A DNA stretch of 64,000 nucleotides from Chiloscyllium plagiosum (Eukaryota): positions 60,196,137 through 60,260,136 of the forward strand of contig NC_057718.1 in the NCBI RefSeq assembly GCF_004010195.1. The letters run 5' to 3'. The translations under genes were made by a program, and so were the position numbers. The notes under the pieces were generated by a model. That model did not search any database and was not told the origin of the DNA. It was given only the letters and a program-made list of their open reading frames with translations. Shown here piece by piece: positions 49,272 through 61,979 of the stretch (positions within the stretch are counted from its first letter, which is position 1; the number at the start of each line of letters is the position of its first letter).

Positions 49272-52200
49272 ATCACAAATGAAATCAAATCGATTGCAGA
49301 AATGATATAGAGTCAGAAGACATGGAATCTGTGTGGGTAAGGTTGAGAAAAGGTAAAAGATGGGAGTACAAGGCCTCCTAACAGTAATCAGGATGTGGGG
49401 CAGAAAATAATCCAGAAATAGAAAAGGCATGTGATAATGGCTCTATTATAAGAAAGACCTTATTATAATAGTCATGGGGAACTTCAATATGCAGGTGGAC
49501 TGCTGGAGGATTTCAAGAAAAGGAATTTGTAGGGTGTTGGCGAGATTTATTTTCTTTTTGGAGCAGCTTGTGGCAGAGTCCACTGTGGAACGGGTGATTC
49601 TGGATTGGGTGATGTGTGATGAGTTAGACTTGATTAATGAGCTTAAGGTGAAGGAACCCTAGGAGGCAGTGACCATATTATGATAGAATTTACCCTGAGG
49701 TTTGAGAGAGAGAAGCTGGAATCAAACGTAGCTGTATAACAACTGAGTAAAGATAATGACAAAGACATGAGGAAAGAGTTGGCTAGAGTTGATTGGAAGG
49801 GGATCCTAACAGGGAAGATGGTGGACCAGCAATGGCAGGTGTTTCTGGGGCCAATTCGGGAGGCACAGCAGAAATTCATCCCAAGGAAGAAGATGCATAC
49901 TAAGGGGAGGATGAGGTAACCATGGTTAACAAGAAAAGTCAGGGACTGCCTAAAAGCAAAAGATAAAGCATACAATGTAGTGAAGATTAGTGGGAATCCA
50001 GAGAATTGGGAAGCCTTTAAAAACCAGCAGACAACAACTAAAAAAGCAAGAAGGGGAAGAAGATGAAATATGAGGCGAAGCTAGCGGGTAATATAAAAGA
50101 AGATTATAAAAATTTTTTTAGAGATATGGAAAGCTAGAGACAGGTAAGTGTGGACATCCGACTGGGAAATGAGGTTGGAGAAGTACTAATGACGAACACA
50201 GAAATGGCAGAGGAACTTACATCAGTCTTCACAGTGAAAAAATACTAGTAGCATACCAGCACTTCAAACAAGTCAGGAGGAGAGGTGAATGTAGAAGCCA
50301 TCTCTAAAGAGAAGGTACTGGGGAAGTTGAAAGATCTGAAGGTGGATAAATCACCTGGGCTACATCCCCAGAGTTCTGAAGGAGATGGCTGAGAAGATTG
50401 TAGTTGCATTAGCTATACTCTGTCAGAAATGACTGGAGTTAGGGAGGGTCTCATATGACTGGAAGGAGGACAGCAGAAGACAGAAAATTATAGACTGGCT
50501 ATAGGCCTGGTTGTTGTTACATTTTTCGAGTTCATTATTAAGGATGAGATTGCGGAGTACTTGGAAGTGCATGGTAAACTAAGATTGAATCAGCATGGCT
50601 TCATCAAGTGCAAGTCATGCCCAACAAATCTGTTCGAATTCTTTGAGGAGATAATGAGCAAGTTAGACAAATGGGTTTCAGTGGGCATGATCTATTTAGA
50701 TTTCCAGAATGCCTTTGACAAGGTGCCACATGGGAAGCTGCTAAATAAGATAAAAGCACATGGTTTTAAGGGCAAAGAATTAGCAGAGATAGAGGATTAG
50801 TTGACTGGCAGAAGGCAGAGAGTGGGGAAAAAAGTGTTCTTGTTCAGGATGGCAGCCAGAGCCTTGTGTAGTTCTGCAGGGGTCTGTGTTAGGTCCATAA
50901 CAATACATGTTATACATTAATATCCGGATGAACGAACTGAAGGCATTGTTGATTAATTTGCAAATGACACTAAGATAGATGAAGGGATAGATAATATTGC
51001 AGAAGTGGAAGGGCTTGGACAGGCTAGAAAATTGGGCAAAATAGTGGCAGATGGAATACAACGTGCGCAAGTATGAGGTTATATATTTTTACAGGAAGAA
51101 TAGAGGCGTAGACTATTTTCTAAATGGAGGAAGGCTACAGAAATGTGAAACACAAACGGACTTAAGGAGTCTTGGATTCTCTGGAGGTTAACAGTTAGGA
51201 AAGAAAATGCAATATTAGCATTCATTTCAAGAGGGTTAGACTTACATTTAGACTAGAATACAACAGCAGAGATGTACTGCTGACGCTCTTTAAGGATCTG
51301 GTCAGACTGCATTTGGAATATTGTGAGCAGTTTTGAGCTCCACATCTGAGGATGGATTACTAGCATTGGAGGAGGTCCAGAGGAGGTTCACAGGAATGAC
51401 CCAGGGGATGAACGGCTTGTCATATGCAGGGCAGTCAAGGACTCAAGGTCTGTACTTGATGGATTTTAAAAGGATGCAGTGGGATCTTGTTGAAACTTAT
51501 AGAATAGAGACAGGCCTGGATAGAGTAGACATGTAGAAGATGTTTCCATTAGGAGGAGAAAGTAGCACAAGAGGGCACATTCTCAGAGTGAAAGGTTGAC
51601 CCTTTAGAAATGAGATGAGGAGGAATTTCTTCAGCCAGAGTGTGTGAATCTGTGGAACCCAATGATGCAGAAGGCTGTAGAGGACAAGACTTTGATTGCC
51701 TTTATGACAGGAATAGATAGGTTCTTGATTAGTGGGGGTTGAGAAACAAATTAGTCATGATTGAATGGTGGAGCAAGCCAAATGGGTATAATGACCTAAT
51801 TTTGTTCCAATGTCTTATGGCCTTATGACGTTATGGTCTCAAAATAAGTAGCAACGCATTCCATCAAATGGCAATGTTCCATAACTTTATTATTTTGACT
51901 GCTAAGCAATGCCAGCAGTAGGATTTTCTATCTATGGTAATTTAAAATTGTGACTATTGCTTCTTTTGGAAAAACATCTCATTATAAATTCAACCAAAAT
52001 GCTAAAACAGAGTTGTCCCCAGTAAGTTTGTTTTGATAAATTTTCTTTCAATAATACTTTGTCAATAATAAATATTTTCTCTATACTGATACTATAACAT
52101 TTCTATATGTTTATCTCATTAACATAACCCTCGTCCTTTGCATAATCTATCAATATGTAGTTATGGCTCTGCCTGTTGTCCACATTCAGGTAATCAGTCT

Positions 52201-53530
52201 TTGAGGGCTGATATACATCAAATATTTGTTTTCCAACATTACACTGCATAAAAATGAAATATTCAGTCCAACAGAGAAACATGTTGAAAACAAAGTACAA
52301 ACCCAAACAATCTTCCCATGTTTACAATGGCAATGAAAGAGATGTAAAAGTCTAACATTGTCATCTATAATTTTTAGATATGATGCAATAGCTCTGTTCA
52401 CCTTTAAAAGGTTTGGAATATTATAGCATCACATATCATTTTCCAATATGGCAAGCTTATTATATGTTGCTTAATGTAGAGAAAACCACATATAAAATGA
52501 AATTATGATGATTTTCTGTTTGCATTCCTCTTATATTTGAAGTAGTATTAACTGTTCTTCAAATATATTTGAAGTAGATATTAAGAAATTGAGAAATGAA
52601 TATAAATCTGTAAAACTCCAGTAAAAATACATATTTAAATTGATAAATACAACTGCATAAATTACAAGGCAGATTATTGGCAGTATTTTTATAGGTAATG
52701 TAAGTTAACAGAAGAAAAATTATATTTAATATTTACATCACCTGCACTTGATTTAAAGAAACAAAGATTTCAAACACTTGCGTTAGTTTGGGCTTTAACA
52801 TTGAACAGAATATAAATAACAAGGAACATGCATTGTGCCTATTAGACCCATGGGAAGTAAAGGAAAGGCCTCAATGAGGCATGCCTAATGAGGACAAACA
52901 CAGTCAGTGACTTAAAAGAAAATCAGTAGGAAGGCCAATGAAACTTGCATTGATTATTTACCTAAAGCCTTCATCAGTGATCCTCTAAATCATTGGGTTG
53001 AAGTCCAAAAGCCACAATTATCCTTATTAAAATTTATTGAGTGTGAACCACTGTACTTTATAGCACTTTGAAATATAATTGATACAGCAAAAACACCGTG
53101 CAATCAAAGTGAGTGAAGTTTCCAGGGTTTTAGCATCTCTTAGTGACTATATCAATATACAGAGACAGTATTATTTACATGTAAGCTTATTGACGATCAA
53201 ATGATAAATGGTATCAGGGCGACATTATGGGGTGAATTTTCACACAACAGAATGATGGGACAGAAATTCAGCATATAGCTGTCTATGTTGCAGCAGTAAA
53301 ATGAGATTTAGGTCTTTGAATTCCATGTACAATTGGGGTTTGCTTTGGATTGGAAGCGTGCTAAGCATCAATTTGGGGCAGTTGACTTTCAATCATTTTT
53401 GTCCTTCCTCCAATAGCCATTATACTTCTATACACATAACTTGAGACTCTAGAATGTTGGTGAGGTCCAAATGTTACATATAGAACACAAGTGGACAGAT
53501 GGTATAAGGTACAGGATCAGGCTTATGACA

Positions 53531-53628
53531 CGAAAATAGAGATTTCTTGAGAAACTCAACAGGTTCAGCAGCATCAGTGGAGAGAAAGCAGAGTCAATAT
53601 TTTGGGTCCAGTGCCCTCTCCCCAAACT
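53531..53628 (-). mobile_element. Old PLE-type terminal repeat fragment (second family)
   Basis: gagaaactcaacaggttcagcagcatcagtggagagaaagcagagtcaatattttgggtcc is a reverse copy of the 1266/32796 repeat. Confidence 0.55.
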
Positions 53629-55291
53629 GACTGGCTAATTAAACCTGGTTTTGAGTGGTCTAGTTAATGATCCTTAAATGGATGCTTAAAGGATGCATAA
53701 CGGTTCATCTTCCTGTGTGACCAAGAGAAAAACAGTACACCTAGTAGAAAAGTACTTTGCCCAGCCTCCAGCTCATTCATGGCTCACTGCTATTGGGTCA
53801 CTGGTTTCTCCATTCTACTCCTAGAACTGACTAACTGTCTAGCTTTTCGAAAGGTGGCAGACATCCCAATTTTCCCAACCAACCAAGCAAGGTGTCATTT
53901 AATAGCTCAAAACTGAAGCTGGCACAGATTATATGAAGAGTGTTTTTTTTCCCAACCTTGAGTTGTGCTTTCTGCACCTCTCCAATTTTTCACCTAGTGC
54001 ATCCCTTATGATTTTAATACCCAGGTCCTATCCTCTTCCCAATGGACAGTTGTTCACCTAAAATGATTGACTCAAGACATGTCCAAACTGCAGGTCCTGT
54101 ATACATTTACTGTCATCCAGGTAGCTCATGGGGACATTGGAGGTTTGAATTAATATTGCTTTATACAGGTGAAGGAGTGGGGGTGTCTGTCTGTAGCTCA
54201 ATTTCTTTCCTTGGGGATCCCAGAAGAGTACTCTAGTTTCAGTTTACCTGGTCATGAATGGCTTTAACCTCCCCTACTGGGTTTTCTTTGTCTCCCACCA
54301 AATTTTACTGACCATAGCTTTGCCACACACAAGCAACTCAATCAATCATTACACTTCATTTGAACTCTGTTGATACGCAAAGTATTTTCATGTATTCAAA
54401 AACATTTATCAACTTCAGATGTGCTGGTTGATCATAATGCAATTAAAATAACAAACAGTGGGAATAGAGTAAGAATGGAATGCTGATAAGTCTCTATAAT
54501 TTTAATTTTTCACCCGTCTTATTTTTGCAAGGCAATATAGGCTGAAATTCCACTGATGTTTGGGAGCATTAGAAATGCAACAGCAAATAAATGTACTTCA
54601 TAAGTCAATAACTCATTATTTTTATTGCAAACATTGCTTTCCTTGGAACATATCATATCTCTTGTACACTGTTGTGAGTTGACCTTCACTTGGTACTATA
54701 TAACTTGACTAGAAATTTGATATTGAAGTCAACATGGTATCCAGCAAATTCTTCAAAATTTTAATCTCCCTGTGGTGAATTCAACAACAATCCATGGGGA
54801 TTTCAGTAGATTTTTTAGACAGTTCGTTGAGCTGTTGATTAGCTGTTTATTCCATATAAACAATTCAAGAAGTTGTAAAACGTGATTTGGTTTATCCCAA
54901 TTTTGGAAAGCTAAATTGTTCTTTTTTCATGAACACCTCAATAATTTAATAGCTTCATAAAGATTATAAATCTCCAAAATGAAATTAAATAATTATTGTT
55001 TTCACTCTTTCTTTGCCTCTCCTGTTTCAGGGAATATTTCAGCAACAGATGTTGGTTTGTGTGGCACAGTTTTGGTACTGAATAGGTTTGTGTGGGAGAG
55101 CTCAAAGGCTAGCCTTTGGATGGTGGTTGAATGTTGAGATCATAGCAGGAAAGCGTGGAGAGGGATGTGAATTTTCGGCAAGGAAAGCATTTGTGTAAAG
55201 ATAAAAATGGACACATGAAGGTATTTTGCAAAGTAATAGTCTGGTCTGATTGCAAATATCTAATTTTCCAATTAGTTAAATTTAATGTCAT

Positions 55292-55405
55292 TTTTGTGGT
55301 ATAGTAGTAGAGTCCATGCCTTTGCACCAGGCAACTCACATTCAAGTTCCACTTGCACCAGAAGATTGTAATAACATCTCTGAAAAGATTGATTAGAAAA
55401 TAATC
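55292..55405 (+). mobile_element. Short tRNA-derived SINE-like repeat (decayed)
   Basis: Similar to 39740-39842. Confidence 0.45.
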
Positions 55406-55699
55406 AATAAACTTACCCTTGCTCTGTTGTCCTAAAGAATTCAAGTCAAATTTATGTGTCACTTATTGCTTGACATTCAATTAATAGCTACTTGTAATCT
55501 TTTTGGAACAGATCAGTGCCTCAAAATGCCTGAACTGAAAAGTTGCTCATTTCTGGTAACAATTTAAATAAGTCAGTTTTCTTGGTTCTGTCAGTTGTAT
55601 TGTCATCTCAAACTAAGAGTGGATTCAAGGTTAACCTTATTATCTATTCTAGTATTCAAATATTGAACTCAGGGAATGTTGGAGATTTGTAGTGCTTTT

Positions 55700-55950
55700 C
55701 TTCAGACAAAATATTCACTCAGGGTTTACTCAGTTAAACATGTTATGGTTGTATTCAAAAGATGCAGGATATTTTCCTAAATAGTATTGATCCCCCTCAG
55801 AAATATTCATGTTAATTTCTTACTTATCTTTGCTGCTCATGGGACATTGCTGGTAGAGAAATGATGGTATGAGAAGAGTTGTTGTACTGAAAAGCATTCT
55901 GAGATATTTTAGTGTGCTAGTGGTCTATGGAAACGAATTATTTTTCCTTG
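55700..55950 (+). mobile_element. Highly decayed Deu-domain SINE
   Basis: ttgctgctcatgggacattgctg...aagcattctgagatatt resembles the 25360 copy. Confidence 0.35.
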
Positions 55951-56029
55951 ATATGTGTTGTAGACTATCTTGCAGCCAAAACAATACTGTAAATCAGGGA
56001 AAGGGTGCATTAGATTGTATTATATAGTT

Positions 56030-57485
56030 ATATAGTCAGAGATGTATAGCATGGAAACAGACCTTTCAGTCCAACTCATCCATGCCAACCAGATATCCCA
56101 ACCCAATCTCGTATCACCTACCAGAAACCGGCCCATATCCCTCCAAACTCTTCCAATTCATATACCCATCCAGATGCCTTTTAAATGTTGCAATTGTACC
56201 AGCCACCACCACTTCCTCTGGCAACTCATTCCACACATGCACTACCTTCTGCATGAAAACGTTGCCTCTTAGTTCTCTTTTATGTCTTTACCCTCTCACC
56301 CTAAACCTATTCCCTCTAGTTCTAGACTCCCCCACCCCAGATAAAAGACTGTGTCTATTTACCCTATCCATGTCCCTCATGATTTTATAAACCTCTATAA
56401 AGTCACCCCTCAGCCTCCAACACTCCAGAGAAAACAGCACTATTCAACCGCCGACTCTGACAATATCCTTGTAAATCTTTTCTGATCCCTTTCAAGTTTC
56501 ACAACATCCTTCTGAGAGGAAGGAGACCAGAATTGTACACAATATTCCAAAAGTGGCCTAACAAGGAGACCAGAATTGTACACAATATTCCAAAAGTGGC
56601 CTAACCAACGTCCTATACAGCCGCAACTCCTGTACTCAATACTGTAACCAATAAAGGAAAGCATACCAAACGCCATTTCACTATCCTATCTACCTGCGAC
56701 TCTATTTTCAAGGAGCTATGAATTTGCACTCCAAGGTCTCTTTGTTCAGCAACACTCCCTAGGACCTTCCATTAAGTGTTTAAGTCCTGCTGTGATTTGC
56801 TTTCCCAAAATGCAGCACCTGACATTTATCTGAATTAAACTCTATCTGCCACTCCTCAGCCCATTGGCCCATCTGATCAAGATCCCGCCGTAATCCGAGG
56901 TAACATTCTTTGCTGTCCACTATACCTCCAATTTTGGTGTCATCTGCAAACTTACTAACTATTGCTCTTATGCTCACATCCAAATAATTTATGTAAATGA
57001 CAAAAAGTAGAGGACCCAGCACCGATCCTTGTGGCATGCCACTGGTCACAGGCCTCCAGTCTGAAAAGAAACCCTCCACCACCAGCCTCTGTCTTCTACC
57101 TTTGAGCCAGTTCTGTATCAAAATGACTAGTTCTCCCTGTATTCCATGAGATCTAAGCTTGCTAACCAGTCTCCCATGGGGAACCTTGTTGAACGCCTTA
57201 CTGAAGTCCATATAGATCATGTCAACTGCTCTGTCCTCATCAATCCTCTTTGTTACTTCTTCAAAAAACTCAATCAAATTTGGGAGACATTATTTCCCAC
57301 ACACAAAACCATTTTGACTACCCCTAATCAGTTTTTGTTTTTCCAAATACATGGAAATCCTGTTCCTCAGGATTCCCTCCAACAACTTGCCCACCACCGA
57401 TGTCAGACACGCTGGTCGATTGTTCCCTGCCTTGTCCTTACCACCTTTCTTAAATAGTGGCACCTCGTTAGCCAACCTCCAATCT
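56030..57485 (-). mobile_element. CR1 LINE, RT to 3' end
   Basis: ORF 56780-57277(-) YMDFSKAFNKVPH..PQGSVLGPLLF.IYIN..FADDTK. A perfect 43-bp internal tandem duplication lies at 56520-56605. Confidence 0.95.
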
Positions 57486-58084
57486 TCTTAAAACTAAAAT
57501 GTTTCTCCTTTCTCTCTATCCTAAATCCATTGTCACATCCATTGCCAATTTTAAAATACCTCCCGTATTCTTCTTTATGCCTCTCTGTATCCAATGGGAT
57601 ACATAGCACATGTCCTTTGAGATGGCTGGAATGTTGCACATTTGTGTTTTAAATATAAACAATTTGTTTAAAATTCAGTTTTGGATTGCAAAAATAAAAG
57701 TGAATTCAACCAAACACTTCTGCATTAGTCTTAACCTTTCCACTTCACTGGAGATGTGTGTTAGGAGTCAAGAGTCATTTAAAATGTCTCCATCAATTAT
57801 CCCGTAATTTTCTAATGAAAACTGGCCTTATTGATGGCTCTGCAAAAGAGCAGGCTCATATCTCTGAACCTTAGCTCTGCAACCATGCTCTTTCTTTAAC
57901 TTTTCTTGATGTATTTGAGCTTCCATTAACCCCTTCTCCATTATTCGTTAAGGATTTTTCATTATTTTTATTCTTTTATCAATTTTAGTTTGCAACTGTA
58001 AAATTGTAAGCTGCAATTAACTTATGGACTTTAGGGCAACCAGTGGTGAAAGGAAGAGAACAGATCATACAAGCTTTGCTTGTT

Positions 58085-58945
58085 TGTAAGGCCAGGCTTA
58101 GAGTTTATTTTTCAAACTGGTTCTTGATTTAAAATATTCCAAAGACACAGTGGTCCTGGGAAGAGCATTGTGTTTTAAGAGCAGAAATTGGCTGTTAACA
58201 AGGTATGTACCTGGGAATTGGTTCCAGCGAGTCTGGAAGAAACTGTATGTTCAATCAGATGGTAGCTGTTTGAATAGTAATTGAAGTCCAGAGATGAGGC
58301 ACCAGTTTTTCCAAGGTGGATCTGGAACTGAAGATTTTTCCTTAACTATGTTAGAAATGAGCTTGGCTGCTGACAGCGTAGCATGAAGATTTGAAAGCTT
58401 CCAGCCTAATCTCCCTCACCAGCTTCTGAATGTTCAAAGAGTGAAAGCTGACTTGGAAGTATTGCTGCTTTTGCCTGAGTGAATTGAGAAGATGATCCTG
58501 ATTGGCGTTCTGGGAAAAGCATCCAGAGTCCATGCCTGTATCTGACAAACGATTCACTGCGAAAATCATTTTAGTCATCTGGCCAATTTTTTAAAATTTC
58601 TTTTATTTATTCCCTAATTGTCTTTGTTTTCTGTCTGCCTTTTTGTGTGAATGAGGGTGAAAAACTAATATTTTGCATTTAAAGCGCAGGCACTAATCAG
58701 TGTTCCTTGTTATTCAATATTTCTCTGCTAAATTTATTGCATTTTATAGTTAAGTCTTTTGTTTGAAATACAAAAGTGGTGTCTGGAATTAATTATTTGC
58801 CAAGTCTGGAACTGATTATTCAAAAGTCTTGTTAGGAATGATTGAAGTAACAATTATGGTTCTTCGACAGTTTAATTTTACTGCATTGTGAATTTAAAGG
58901 TGGAAGGGCTGGTTTGGTTTGGCTGTCTGTCTCTGTGCCATTACA
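58085..58945 (+). mobile_element. Possible solo LTR
   Basis: TGTAA...TTACA inverted termini about 860 bp apart, with length and layout like 20337-21175. No TSD seen. Confidence 0.3.
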
Positions 58946-60347
58946 AAAGGTTGGGAGGAACTAAAGAATACTAAGGCCATAAGCAAAATGGCACTGTGCA
59001 AATTGTTGGAACTGCATGCTGACAGGTCCTCAGAATGTGGTGGGAGTGGCTCCATCTTAGGGCCTTAAAAAAAGTGACCAGTGAAATAGTTGATTTGTAT
59101 TGATTTTCCAACTCTTAGATTCAGGAAATGTTCCATCGGTGAATATTACTCCTTTATTTGAAAATGTAGAGAGACAGAAGGCAGGGAACTACAGGCCAGT
59201 TAACTTAACATTTGACAGAGGGAGAATGTTAAAAAATATTGTTAATGATGTAACAGCAGGACACAGAACAATTCAAGGAAATAATGCAGAGTCAACATTG
59301 TTTTATGAAAGGGAAATCTTTCCGGGTGCTCTTTGAAGAAATAATAAGTGCTGTAGTTAAAGGAGAATAAGATATATTGCACTTGATTTCCAGAAGCCAT
59401 TTGATAATGGTTGATAGTGTAATAGATAACATGGTGGCATGGATAGAAGATTGACTAGCTAAATGGAAACAGAGAGTAAGCATAATTTCTTTTAATCTAC
59501 TTGACAAGATGTAGCACGTGGTGTACCATAGAGATCAATACATGGCCCTCATCATTTTGCTATTTATAGAAATGACTTGATGAAGGAACCAGTCATGGTG
59601 TTGCTAAATTTGCTGAAAACTTAGATATGGAGACAACTGCATTGTAAAGATGACATAAAGAAGCTACAAGTGTTATAAGTAAGTGGAGTGAATGGGAAAA
59701 GATCTGGCAAGTGGCTATAATGTAGGGAAAGGTGAAATTATCCACATTGGCAACAAGAATAAATAATGAGAGATTGCAGAGCTCTAACATGGAGAAGAAG
59801 CTTTATGACCCAGAGTATGAATCATGAAAGTTAGCAACCAAGTTTAGCAATTTATTAGGAAAGTTAATAGAAAGTTATTATTTGTTGCAGGGAGCATATA
59901 CATCAGTTATACATTACACTGGTGAGACAACATCTGGTATACTGCGTATAGCACTAGTCTGTTAATTTTATAAACTGTTTAAATGCATTGGAAGCTGTTC
60001 AGAGAAGGTTTACGAGACTAATGGAATATGTTGTGTTTTGAGGAAAGGTTGGATGGTATAGCTTTGAATCTACTAGATTTGAAAAGAGCAAGAGGTGACT
60101 TGATTGAAACATGTAAGATCCTGAAGAAGCTTGACTGGCAGATGCAGAAAAGCATGTTACCTCTTGTTCAATAATTTCTAACAAGTTGTAACTGTTTAAA
60201 AATAAAGTTTCTTTTATTTAAAACAGACACTAAGAGGATTTTTGTCTCTCAGAGGATCTTCTAAATTCCTCCTCAAAAGGCAATGGAAGCAGAGTCATTT
60301 ACTTTAGGGCAGAAGTGCATAGATTCTTGCTAAGCAAAGGGGTGAAA
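58946..60347 (+). mobile_element. Decayed CR1 (RT region to near 3' end)
   Basis: ITPLFE...KAGNYRPVNLT, AKFAE and LEAVQRRFTRL motifs. Confidence 0.8.
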
Positions 60348-60850
60348 GTTCAAAGTTTGTGAGAAGATTTGTAGCTCGGGTGCTCGTTGCTGTGGTTCTG
60401 TTCGCCGAGCTGGAAGTTTTTGTTGCAAACATTTCATCCCCTGTCTAAGTGACATCCTCAGTGCTTGGGAGCCTCCTGTCAAGCTCTTCTGTGGTGTTTC
60501 CTCCGGCATTTATAGTGGCCTGTCCCTGCCGCTTCCGGTTGTCAGTTTCAGCTGTCCGCTGTAGTGGCCGGTATATTGGGTCCAGGTCGATGTGTTTGTT
60601 GATGGAGTTTGTGGATGAGTACCATGCTTCTAGGAATTCCCTGGCTGTTCTTTGTTTGGCTTGCCCTATAATGGTAGTGTTGTCCCAGTCGAATTCATGT
60701 TGTTTGTCGTCTGCGTGTGTGGCTACTAGGGATAGCTGGTCGTGGCGTTTCGTGGCTAGTTGATGTTCGTGGATGCGGATCGTTAGCTGTCTTCCTGTTT
60801 GTCCTATATAGTGTTTTGTGCTGTCCTTGCATGGGATTCTGTACACTAGT
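60348..60850 (-). mobile_element. Penelope-like element 3' end encoding a GIY-YIG endonuclease domain
   Basis: Open frame VYRIPCKD..KHYIGQTGRQL.IRIHEH...HEFDWDN..I......REFLEAW....INKH (PLE GIY-YIG). CpG-rich, so young; 5'-truncated with no RT. Confidence 0.9.
60425..60464 (-). ncRNA. Minimal hammerhead ribozyme motif in the PLE terminal repeat
   Basis: The minus strand reads GCA-CTGAGGA-T-GTC-A-CTT-AGAC-AGG-G-GAT-GAAA-TGTT-TGC: stem I GCA/TGC, extended stem II with wobbles, both core boxes and a GUU triplet. Confidence 0.7.
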
Positions 60851-61359
60851 GCAATAAGTATGACAACCAAACATGTAATGCTGTTGTTTCCTGAAGTTGT
60901 GAAATAAAGTAATGGTTGATTGGAGTCAATTTGACTTTGGATGATAAAATATTATGGATTATTATCCAGATTTCATTATTTTACTTTGAGTTAAAGGATT
61001 ATTTCAATGTTTAACCACCTTATAATATTAACTTTGTTGACAGGTAATCAAATCAATAGCTCACGTTTTTGCATTAATCCAAACTCAAAATTACCCCCCT
61101 TCTGTTAAGAACTGGTGGTTGTTCAGTAATGTAACATTCCAGACATAGTAATTTCAATTCAGCATGGGTCTGGCAAGGAATTAATTGTTTATATTTTGGG
61201 ACATGTTTACCATACTGGGTGAGTTATTTTACCAAAGGTTACCAACAGTATGCATTAAACTATTGTCTTGTATTTTTCATTTTTTTAAAAAAATGTTTAA
61301 ACATACAATAGCAAGCAGTGTTCTTAGTTGGTTTCCCATGTTTCATCTTTCATAAAACA

Positions 61360-61645
61360 GAGGTCATCCAAAACTCACCTGCCTATTTTAACTCACTCCC
61401 TTACATCTATTATGCTCACTGACCTATAAAGGCTCTAAGTCAGTTAAAATCTTGATTTTAAAATGCTCATTTTGTTTTGAAAACCCTCCATAACCTAGCC
61501 CTCAACATCTTTGTAGTCTCCTCCAGTTCGACAGTCTTTAAGTATCTGTACTCCTCTAATCCTGGTGAAGAGCGCATTCCCAGTAATAATTGTGTTCAAT
61601 CATTAATGGTCATGCCTTCATTGCCTAGACCAAAAGCTCCTCCTG
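61360..61645 (+). mobile_element. L2 LINE ORF2 C-terminal remnant
   Basis: IQNS...ITSIMLTDL....LDFKMLILFLKTLHNLA...LYSSNPG resembles L2 IQN.AAR...ITP.L..LHWLP...FKIL.L..K.L..LAP. Confidence 0.6.
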
Positions 61646-61979
61646 TGAAAAAACTTAGGATATTTGAATTAGTGGTGTTGCTATTACTGGTTGTATATTG
61701 GATACAAGCACAACAAATTATTTCACCCTTGTGTGGTAAACAAGCTGGAAACAAATTTTGCAATCAATTTGTTTTTGCTTTCTCCAATAAAAGGCGATTG
61801 AACCAAAATATTAACTTTGTTTCTTTCCATGAATATTGCCTGAGGTGATGCATATTTCTGGAATTTTCTGGTATTATTTCCAAATAAACATTTTACCCAA
61901 AGAATTATAAGATTGTGAAATTCCTGACCAGTTGGAGTATTTGAAATAAATAGCACAGATGCTTTTCAGGGGACATTAG

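Larger units (their letters stand above)
48380..49734. repeat. About 465-bp direct duplication bracketing the gap and PLE end
   Basis: 48380-48848 versus 49272-49734: one 6-bp indel (acctaa) and about six substitutions. Confidence 0.9.
48320..51838 (+). mobile_element. CR1 LINE (EN to 3' tail) containing a duplication, a gap and a PLE end
   Basis: GGVGLLI..ESVWV..MGNFN..DH.MIEF; QHGFIK.KSC.TNL.EFFEE, YLDFQNAFDKVPH; tail cttatggccttatgacgttatggtc. Confidence 0.9.

Noticed and set aside
55031..55085. Polypyrimidine acceptor plus 55-bp candidate exon
   Set aside because: One frame is open but the peptide is unrecognisable, the donor is weak and no partner exons were found.
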